Source of the DNA: Yuukianura sp. NJ FZ-2021
Lineage: Eukaryota
DNA length: 64,000 bases
Assembly (NCBI GenBank): GCA_046563655.1
Contig: CM102290.1
Coordinates: 6,014,001 to 6,078,000 of the forward strand
Direction: 5' to 3'
The translations under genes were made by a program, and so were the position numbers. Position 1 is the first letter of the stretch. Every line of letters begins with the position of its first letter. Positions 54,081-64,000 of this stretch are shown in pieces. The notes below the pieces were generated by a model. It saw only the letters and a program-made list of their open reading frames with translations, did no database searches and was not told the DNA's origin.

Positions 54081-57000
54081 ATGGCTGACTTTATGAAGTT
54101 AGTGACTGTCAGAAATGCGATAAAAACGAAATTAACGAAAATTTTAAATGATTTAAAACAAAATGCTGCTGATATGACTCTTGTGGAATCAGGTTAAATT
54201 TAATGATGTGGACAAGCATCAGTCCAAGTTGGATTTCCTCGTCTCAAGAGACCATGTTCTCGATGTTGAATTCCGCGGAGGAGATAAACGTCCAAATCGA
54301 CGCAGGGAACGTCGTAGAGGAGGTCATCAAGGAGTGTACCATCCTCATCAAGCAGTCTCAGGCTAACATTATGGCAAAAGAGCGTGTGGATGTTCCTGTT
54401 GCTTCGACATCGGGTCGGATTCCGAAATCTGAACAAACCGAGTCAAATGTTAAGGCCAGACTGCCGAAACTGGAGTTACCGGATTTCGATGGAACTTTTG
54501 AAGACTGGATCAGCTTCAAGGATCAGTTTCAGTCCATGATCACGGACAATTCTTCACTTTCGGCCACTGACAAGATGCAGTACCTTAAATCCTGTCTAAA
54601 AGGAGAGGCAGAGAAGCTAATTGGTCACTTCACGATTTCTGCCAACAATTTTCAACCGGCATGGGATCTCTTGGTGAGACGGTATGGTAATGAAAGGGAA
54701 ATTATCTTTTCATTAATTAGGAAGTTGTTCAATTTGAGTAAGGTCAATGGTGGTGATAATGTCGCAACTCAGTTGCGAAAACTGTTAGATTCATTTTTAC
54801 AGATCACCAGCCAACTCAGAGTAATGGGGCGTAGAGTGGGGCAGTGGGATGACCTCCTTGTTGTCACAATGGTGGACAAACTTGACTCGGACACGAGGAA
54901 AGAGTGGGGCAAGGCACTGTCAGGCACTAATATGCCAACCGCTAAGGAACTGGAGGACTTTCTGGAAAATTATGTCAGGGGGATCCAGGCCTTTACGTCC
55001 AATGACAAGAACAACTCCAAATCTAAAGAACGACAGACTGAACAAAAGTCACATACCGTCAAGGCCAGAGAAATGTGTCATTATTGTCCAGAGTCACATC
55101 CGCTTTTCAGATGCGAAAAATTTGCCGCATTGAGAAGGGAGGATAAGGTAAAAGTTTTAAAGCAGTGTAAATTATGTTTTAATTGTCTTTCTAGTGGTCA
55201 TTGGACAAATAATTGCAAGTGGAAAGGAACTTGCAAAAAGTGCGGAGAGAAGCACAACACTCTTATCCATGACGGGGAAAGGAAGGAGAAGACTAAAACT
55301 GAGACAGCTGGTTTGAGCAGTGGGTCTAATGGATCCATTTCATCAAATTTCGTCAGCGGTGGGACTGTACTCCTGTCAACAGCCATTGTGGAGGTAACTG
55401 ATTCAGTTGGTTCCTCTCAAAAATGTCGCGTGTTCCTGGACAGTGGGTCAGAGGCTTCGTTCATGACGGAAAAATGCGCAACCAAATTGGGTCTCAAAAG
55501 ACGTAAGTGTAATGTCTCAATCAACGGAGTTGGGGCTAATGGAATTTGTAAGGCAAATGGGACTGTTAATTTCAAAATAAGGTCATGTGTATCTGAGTTT
55601 GAACTTAATGTTTGTGCCCTAGTGTTGTCTAAAGTTACAGGTGAACTTCCGTCCTTTCCTGTTGGTAGTAAGTGGAAGTCGTGGGAACATTTGGCTACTT
55701 TGAAGCTAGCTGACCCTCGATTCTATGAACCACGGGAAGTGGATATACTTTTGGGTGCTGACGTAGCAGAATACGTTTTCCTGGACCAGCGAGTGATTGG
55801 GAGAAGGAACGAGCCAATTGCCCGCTCCAGTCAACTCGGATGGATCATTTCAGGGCCTGTTACAAATGATGGTAGCAGTTCTGTTCTCTCGTCAGTCGTC
55901 ACTCTTCGCGTTCATTCGGCTCGGGTCGAGTGTGAGGAACTATTGCAGAAATTCTGGGAGTTAGAGCAAGTTCCAGATCACCCGAATTGGACAGCGGAAG
56001 AGACAGAAGCGGAAAAGCATTTTCTTGCTCACACCAAAAGGGAAAACGGAAGGTATGTTGTGTCACTTCCCATGAAATCTAACATTTCCAATTTAGGCAA
56101 ATCGAGGGACACAGCCCTCAAGAGACTCTTTGCAATTGAGAGAAAATTGGCAAAGGATGTCCAGCATCAACGTCAGTACAGGGACTTCATGTCGGAGTAC
56201 TTGACCCTTGGCCACATGGAGCCAGTACCAAAAGAGGCACTTGGTGAGACACTTGGTAAGACGTATTATTTGCCTCATCACTGCGTCTTGAAAGAAGACA
56301 GTGCCACGACCAAATTGCGGGTAGTATTTGATGGATCCTGCAAAACAAGTTCTAATCTGTCTTTGAACGATTGTATGATGGTAGGTCCAGTCGTTCAGCC
56401 AGATTTATTCACACATTTACTGAGATTTCGTATGTACACTGTGGCTCTAAAGTCTGACATCAAGAAGATGTACAGACAATTCTTAGTTTCTCCCGCAGAT
56501 AGAGATTTCCAAAGAATTCTATGGCGAGAGACCACTGATGAACCCGTTCGTGAGTTCCGATTGAAGACGGTGACTTACGGTACAGCCGCCGCTCCATTTT
56601 TAGCCACTCGTTTGCTAAATCAGTTGGCAGAAGACGAGGGAGCACGATTTCCATTAGCAGCTGTGGCCTTAAGGAAACATTTTTATGTTGATGATCACCA
56701 CGGAAGTTTCCCTTTGGAATCACTGGCAGCGGACACAAAGCTTCAATTGGAAGGAATTTTGAGTACAGTGGGACTGGAATTAAGTAAGTGGGCTTCTAAT
56801 TTTCAAAATGTGATTGGTAAGGAAATTGTGTCAAATGAAATGCCCAATTTAATCTCTTTAACCGATGAAAGTCAATCAAAGGCTTTAGGAGTTCAGTGGA
56901 ACTCCACAGAGGACAATTTTTCATTTCCAAGTTATAGGTGTGACAGACAGGAATTCTCCAGAAGACATTTGCTAAAAGAAATCGCCAGAGTCTTTGACCC

Positions 57001-59323
57001 GTTGGGATTCTTAGCACCCTTTACCATCGTCGGCAAGTTGATCTTCCAGCAACTTTGGGCCATTGACAGAGAAAGTGGTAAGAAAATGGACTGGGATGCT
57101 CCGATCCCAGAGTCCATTTTGGGGGAGTGGAATTCCTACCTAGACGGAATGAGTAAGTTGTCGGTAATTAAAATACCAAGGTTGATTAATTGTGAATGTA
57201 TCTCGGAACTGCACGGTTTCTCAGATGCGTCTGAGAAGGCCTATAGCGCAGTAGTTTATCTCCGTGCCTTTAGTTCTTCTATTTCAGTTCGTGTGGTTGC
57301 TGCAAAAACGAAAGTAGCACCGCTGAAGGCACAGAGTCTGCCACGACTTGAATTGTGTGGAGCCCTACTGCTAGCAAAACTGATGAATTCAGTTATCTCT
57401 GCAATGGATCTGCGGTCTCCAGTTCACTGTTGGACGGATAGTGAGATTGTTCTCAAGTGGATTTCGTCACCGTCTAGAAGATTTGTGACCTTTGTGGCCA
57501 ACAGAGTGTCCGAAATACAACAGTTAATACCTGGTGAGTCATTTCATTTTATTCCAGGAATCATCAATCCGGCAGATTGTGCCTCGAGGGGACTTCCGGT
57601 TGATGAATTGTCCTCATTCAATCTATGGTGGAATGGGCCAGATTTCCTACAGTGTCCTGGAATCCCGAATTTCCAATTTGAAAGGGAAATAGAACGGGAG
57701 AACTTGGAAGAACGTAAGGTGAAATTGGTCAATCATAATCAGTTGGTAGATTCGATTTTGAACAGGTACTCGTCTGCACCAAAGCTCTTCAGAGTCATTG
57801 GTTATGTACTTCGGTTTATTTCGAATGCCAAGGACAAGAAGGAAGGAAGACAAATTACGAAGTTGGACTTTCCATTGCTGTCAGTTGAAGATTTGGAACA
57901 GGCGATGCTCAAATGTGTTTGGTTGAGTCAGCGCCAGGATTTCCCGGAGGAGATCAAGCGTCTAAGTCGGGGCAAAATGGTAAAGGCATCAAGTCGAATT
58001 GTGTCGTTAACGCCTTTTCTAGATTCTCATGGCAACATAAGAGTCGGTGGAAGACTCGGGAAAGCAGAAGTACCAGATTCTGCTAAACATCAACTGATCT
58101 TGGATGGTAAATCTGCGTTTGCCAAATTGTTGGTTGAAAACCTCCATCGGAAGCTGCATCATGGAGGAGAGATGGTTCTACGCTCAGAACTTCAACAACG
58201 GTTTTGGATCTTACGCGTAAGGAATTGTGTGAAATTAGTTTTGAGAACTTGTGTCAGATGTAGGCGTGTCAGAGGAATAGCCATGAAGCAGCTCATGGGT
58301 GATTTACCGGCAGCCAGAGTAAGACCAGCAGCAGCGTTCGAGCGGACAGGAGTCGACTATGCTGGCCCGTATACGCTTCAGTCAGTTGGAGGCAGAGGAC
58401 GGAAGCCGTTTAAAGCATATATCGCACTGTTCATTTGCTTCGTTATTAAAGCCATTCACTTGGAAGTGGTAACTGATTTGACTACTGAAGGATTCTTGGG
58501 AGCCTTTAAGAGGTTCATTTCACGCCGTGGTAAGCCCTCTCACATGTATTCTGATTGCGGAACGAATTTCGTTGGTTTCGACAATGCCATCAGAGAGGTA
58601 ATATCATCGCCAGAGTTAAATGCTGACATACATGCAAATTTAGCAGAGGATGGTGTAGAGTGGCACTTCAATCCTCCGTCAGCTCCACACCAAGGTGGAT
58701 TGTGGGAATCGGCCGTGAAAAGAGTCAAATTTCATTTAAAAACTGTCATTGGCGAAGAGGTTCTAACATTATCTGAATTTAATACTATTTTGTGTCAAAT
58801 AGAAGCTGTCCTGAATTCGAGACCACTGGGTGCCCTATCAGAGGACCCAGATGACATGGAAGCCTTGACTCCTGGTCACTTCCTGGTTGGGCGGTCATTG
58901 GTGGCATTACCACAACCGGACTTTCAAGAAATCCGGATGAACCGACTCTCCAGATGGGAAAGACAGGAGCAAATTACCCAGAGATTCTGGAATCGGTGGT
59001 ACAAGGAATGTTTGTCCAGTCTTCAACAACGTGTGAAATGGCAGAGACCACTGGAGAATGTCAAAGTTGGAGATCTCGTGTCCATTGTTCAAGACAATTT
59101 ACCACCTCTCAAGTGGAGACTAGGACGTGTAATCGAGTTACACTCAGGAGACGAGGGATTGGTCAGAGTCGTGACAGTTAAGACTGCAAAAGGAGTCTAC
59201 AGTCGTCCCATTGTCAAAATAGTTCCACTACTTCATTGCAACAACTTGGAATCTGACGAAGAAGAATTTGAAGAGAATCAATTGTCAGTTCAAGAAGACG
59301 TAGAAGATGAGTCTAAGTTGTAA
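54081..59323 (+). CDS. BEL/Pao gag-pol polyprotein; long ORF 54203-59323, extreme 5' gag apparently frameshifted
   Basis: LPKLELPDFDG gag motif, three Cys/His knuckles, FLDSGSEASF protease, YLPHH..KLRVVFD, DIKKMYRQ, FYVDD RT, LHGFSDAS and PRLEL RNase H, VDYAGP / SDCGTNF / GGLWE integrase. The upstream ATG at 54081 hits TAA near 54196. Confidence 0.93.
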
Positions 59324-59498
59324 CTTACATTTCAATTATTCATTTCATAACTATTAACTTTTAGTTTAAGTACTATGGTTTAGTTTTATAAGTTTTATTT
59401 TCATTTACTTTCATTTATTTTCACTTATTCAGGTTGGTTTGTTTCAATTACCACACCATGCGGAGCCACTTTGATTTCTTTTCCAAAAAATAACGGTG

Positions 59499-59666
59499 GA
59501 TCTTGACAGTCATGCACATTGGGTTTCTCATCTTCTTGCTTAAGTGGAGGTTTTAGCAAATTGAGCCTGCCCTTAGTTTTGACGGGGAAGGGTCAGTTTC
59601 GCACTGCCCTATTGGCTCACCCGACCACTTAAGTCCCTTTCTTTTACTAGTGCTGGCGTCATGATC
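59499..59666 (+). ncRNA. Putative structured cis-acting RNA in the BEL 3' UTR
   Basis: Nested stems that are conserved, with compensatory changes, in the second BEL element (62881-63035, minus strand). Confidence 0.6.
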
Positions 59667-62207
59667 ATTTAACTAATTAATTGAATGACAGAGTAGATCT
59701 GTCATTGTGGGCCGGCATGTTGGGGTGAATTGGGGCAAAAGCGCCAAGTTTAAAATTAGCATCACAAAACGAAAGATTTGTCGGTTAGCGCTTGAGGCTA
59801 ACTTATAGCGTTGGTTTAATTTTAGCATTTCTGGGTTTTCCGTTGGTATTGTGATGCACAGGCATAAGAATAAGCATAAGTTCAATTCCGTACTTCATAG
59901 GAGTAGGATCTAGAGAAAGTCTCTCCAATTTCAATTCTCATAATTTAACTTTTAAGTCTTTCATTCAATTTTCATTTCTTTTAACTTTAATTATCCACTA
60001 AATAAACTTCAACTAAACAAAGAACGAGTCAGTTGCTACAGGCCAGAGTTGACCGCTGATTTACAGTGGATTTACTGGATTCTACATATCAATCATTTCA
60101 GAATTGTTTAGGCTTTTTGTATCTAATTAATGTAAACCCTTAGGGCAACGCTACGCCGCTTTGGGTTAATCCATTTTGTGCATTTCTTCCACTGGATATA
60201 CAGCCGTGGACGAAACCTTGCAAAAGTGGATTTTTAACAACACCGGTTTTTAAAAATAAAACAAAAAATATCTGGTTTTTGGTTAAAGCCATGATTTATT
60301 TGGGTTTTCTCGGCTTAAACCAACATGTCCACAAAAACTCGATATTTCTCAGAAAATGAATTTATACTTTAGAACTATTGAATTTTATTCAAAAACAAGA
60401 CTTTTCTGTTAATTAAGTATCCCTTTTTCCCATTTACGCAAGTTGGCTTAAACATAATAAATGTGAATAAAAACCGCTCGGTTTAAATCGTGGTTTAAAC
60501 CATGGTTTAGATCATTTCTCCTAAACCAAAGCCACCCTGTTTCTAATAATTAATCCGGACAGACAGACAGGCAGACATGAATAATATTATAATAATAGCG
60601 ACGCAATTACAATAATCTTAACAGCCTAACGAACATTACAACACAGCTTGCCCAAACAGAATGACACACAGACAGACACCCCAATATCATAACATGAATC
60701 TTTTGAAAAAATTTTTGGAGATGAATTCGGTAATTTTGTTGCCGACTCTTGTTAAATTTTGTTTACATTTTTTCTTGGCAACGCAAGTCGTCATCGCGTT
60801 TTGAGGTACGCCATTCTTCGTCGGAGCTATAGAATTGTTCCTTAGGTTAGGTTCCCTACGTCACTCTAGGCGAATAAATTCTGAAATAAATCTTAGCCTA
60901 AAGTAATAGGGCAGCAATGCCTTGTAATTGTTAGTTTATCTTAAGTATAACCTAAAGTTGAGAAAACTAAGCTCAGGAATGGTCAAATACTGATAAGTTC
61001 AGGAATTCGGGTCGAAAATTTCGGTTCAACTTGGGATTTGGTTTTGTACGCCAGGGATTGCTGGAAGCAGGCTGTGTACCGTACTCGTATGTTGTTAAAC
61101 TTGCGTGAGTTAGGTTTATCCAGAGAAGGTTATCCAGATAGAGAAGTTTATCCAGTTTATTACCTGGGACGGTCCTTGCGACTGCAAGCGTGCGGGCTTT
61201 TATTTGTAAATTCTGCAGATAGCGGGTGTGTGTGCCAGACTACTGCAGGCGCCTGCGGTTGGCCTGCAGGGTGAGCCACGTGTTGTTTTAGTATTTTCGT
61301 TACAAGTTTAGTAAACAAACAGTGAAAGTATGAGCTACTTTGTTTTTCCCGAGTCTGTGTGTCCGTCCGCTTGCCGGTCAAGCGGGTGTTGCTTTGATAC
61401 CGCTGATTTTCAATCCGTATTAGCAGATGTACTTTACATAGTTCAGGGATGGTTATTCTGTTTTCGGTTTACCTGAAGTGGACAACCTTTACCGGGTCAA
61501 CGGTAACGTCAAGTAAATTTGTGATTGAAATCAGAAAAATGACCTCTACAAAAGTTGTTAATCTCATTAAGGGAAACAACTTCCATTTTTTTGATTAAAA
61601 ACTCCCCGAAAAGTCATTCTGGGCTATCTGAGAAGTCAAAATTGCAAACCGATACTATGCTTCTGAAAGCCCGTCTGAAGTGTTCCAGTCTCAATTTTTC
61701 TGCGAAAATTCCATTTGTTTCATTAAAAACTCCCCAAAAAGTCATTCGGGCTATGTTAGGCCTCGAAATTCCAAACCGAAATTATGCTTCTGAAAGCCAA
61801 TCTGAAGTGTACCAATCTCAAATTTTCCAAGAATCCATATCTATCCATGGAAAAAAATCCATCGCTTTCCCCAAAATCTGGCGTGAAAGAGTCAAAATTT
61901 TATCCATGCACTGGACGTCCAGTGGACGGAAAATCCATCCAGAGCTCCGGTGTGAAACCGCCTTATATGTATGGAGAAACACTCCTCCTTCCTTACACCA
62001 GTAGTAATGCTAAAAGCGTTGACTGTTACACACGAAAGATTGAGAGAGCGGTACCTTTGTCATACACATACTATCCCTTCTCTAGTGCGCAAGTCAGTAG
62101 TACAATAGTACTATTTTCACATTAAAGTAAACGCTAACCCTTTCCCTTTGATTCTCTTTTCCACACAAGTGGATTAATTTAACTCTTTCTTTGTTTCTTT
62201 CTTTTAA

Positions 62208-62459
62208 CTCTTCGAAGAACCAATCTTTGATGTTAGTCTCGCATCAACCTCAGCTACGGAATTCCATTCAATCAACTCACTTTCAGACAATCAAGCCCCT
62301 ATGGAATTTTTTGTACAAGGAAATCAAACTGAACTAATCGACTTGTCTGAAACGAAACTTTATTTAAAAGTTAAAATTGTAAAGTCGAACGGCACGGATT
62401 TGGATGACAACAGCATTGTTGCTCCAGCCAACAATTTCCTTCACTCGCTATTTCTACAG
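62208..62459 (+). pseudogene. N-terminal fragment of a Polinton/Maverick (adintovirus) major capsid protein, cut by a BEL LTR
   Basis: Translates as LFEEPIFDVSLASTSATEFHSINSLSDNQAPMEFFVQGNQTELIDLSETKLYLKVKIVKSNGTDLDDNSIVAPANNFLHSLFLQ, matching the PxEF..IDL..T.L..K.KI..NNFLHSLF pattern of Polinton capsid proteins. In-frame TAA just upstream. Confidence 0.75.
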
Positions 62460-64000
62460 TGAAATGATTTGAGCGCTGGTTCTGATTGGGTCCGAAGATG
62501 ATTTAAGTTTTACTAGTTTATTTACATAATTAATCGAATACTTGAGTGGAAAGGAAAATTCTATCTTAGATTGTGGTCTGAAACCAAAAGAGACGCAGCA
62601 AAGACTTATGAATGAATGAATACTACTAAAAGACAAAAAGTACACACAACTTCTTTTCCCCTAAGAACTAATGTAAAAGTGTATTGTTGTTGTTCGGGCT
62701 TGAGTCGGAGGCCAGTTCGGAAGCATTCGATGATGCTATTTTAAATCAGAAAGAAAAAACCGCTTCCTCACTGGGATCATCTCAACCTGACACAACGGTA
62801 TCAGAATGAAACTATCAATTCACCCAAACATGCCGGCCACCATGACAGATCTCTGTCATCAAATTAAACACTAAGAGACTCTTGACACCCTGATAAGGAA
62901 CAGAGAGGGACAGTGATCGGATGAGCCAATCGAGCAGCGCTAGGCCTACTCTTCCCCGTCAAAACTAAGGGTAGGCTCAATTTACTTGACCTCCACTGAA
63001 GCAAGAAGAAAATGAAAGTGATCAGCAGCGTCAAGGTCACGTTATCTCCCAACGAAGTAAAAATCCAAATGAAAAGACACGGCATGTGGCAAATGACAAC
63101 TTCCATCTGATCTGAAATTAAAGAATAAAATGAAATTAACCTAAAGTTAAACCAATGTTGAAATGTAAAATTGAAAAGTAAAATTATGACTTAACTAATG
63201 AAATAGCCTATCATTAAACTCGAAATCATGCAAATTAAAAAACTGAGTAGATGACGTATTGTTTGTAGAAGAGTTATGTAATGACGATTGACTTGATTAG
63301 AGGTTCAGCTTCATCTTCCAATTCTTCTCGTTGTAACAATGGAGCGATCTTCACAACAGGACGAGTGAATGAGCCAGTTTCTGTCTTGACGGTAACTACT
63401 CGAACGTAACCGTCGTCACCAGGATGAGTTTCCGTCACTCGAGCCAATCTCCACTTCAACGGTGGTTGGTTATCTTCGATCATGGTGACCAAATCTCCGG
63501 TTTTGATGTTATTAGCAGGATTTCGCCATTTCTGCCGTTCTTGGAGTCCGGCCAAGTACTCCTTGGACCACCTAGTCCAAAACGTTTGACAAATCTTCTG
63601 CTGCCTCTCCCATCTGGCCAATCTGTTAATTGGAACTTCCACGACGTTAGGTTGTGGCAATGCAACCAATGATCTCCCAATCAGAAAATGAGCCGGAGTC
63701 AATGCTTCTAGGTCATCGAGTCCATCTGTCAACTCGCAAAGTGGCCTAGAATTCAAAATTGCCTCAATCTGGCACAACACAGTTATGAACTCCGATAATG
63801 TTAAAATGTCAATACCAATGATAGTTTTAAGATGAAACTTTACGCTTTTTACCGCTACTTCCCATAACCCACCCTGATGAGGTGCTGCAGGAGGATTGAA
63901 ATGCCATTCAATCCCATCAGCAGCCAAATTGGAGTAAATGTCAGCGTTAAATGATTCGGACAAAATGATCTCCCGTAGTTCATTGTCCAAACCGACGAAA
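62460..64000 (-). mobile_element. Second, divergent BEL/Pao element (3' end): integrase C-terminus 63990-63274, 3' UTR, 3' LTR 62830-62460
   Basis: WHFNPPAAPHQGGLWE, LNSRPL, LTPAHFLIG, PPLKWRLARV motifs; LTR begins TGTTTGGGTGAATT and ends AATCATTTCA like the first element; runs off the window. Confidence 0.92.

Larger units (their letters stand above)
53492..60100 (+). mobile_element. Full-length BEL/Pao LTR retrotransposon
   Basis: LTRs 53492-53876 and 59718-60100 (2-bp indel seen), 5-bp TSD GAATT, PBS TGGTCCTTCGA (tRNA-Tyr type) at 53877. Confidence 0.96.

Noticed and set aside
59560..59620. Hammerhead ribozyme in the BEL 3' UTR three-way junction
   Set aside because: The catalytic CUGANGA and GAAA core is absent.
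60990..62125. Short ORFs upstream of the capsid fragment as further Polinton genes
   Set aside because: No pPolB, ATPase, protease or integrase motifs recognised; part of the region is a tandem or dispersed repeat.

Overview
Eukaryotic, AT-rich and transposon-dense genomic DNA from an arthropod (inferred from the arthropod-type Gq and MyD88 proteins). Three host genes can be built from GT-AG exons. (1) A G-protein alpha-q gene on the minus strand (ATG 25000) with two alternative versions of each of its last two exons. (2) MyD88 on the plus strand (29258-52397), head-to-head with Gq; an 18.6-kb intron packed with nested transposons splits its TIR domain. (3) A probable orphan 5-exon gene (2981-4326). 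The most striking element is a very young Ty1/copia LTR retrotransposon (40226-47876, minus strand, inside the MyD88 intron). It carries a class I viral-fusion-type envelope ORF that appears to continue the gag-pol frame through a basic linker and an internal signal peptide. This copy has lost its RT YVDD motif while env is intact. Other elements: an apparently intact two-gene CACTA/EnSpm-type transposon between the Gq alternative exons; a full-length BEL/Pao element and part of a second, whose 3' UTRs share a covarying structured RNA; a Polinton/Maverick major-capsid fragment; an ORF1-only LINE-like element; Helentron-associated repeats; and many MITEs. All family assignments come from motif recognition by eye. 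No database searches were run.
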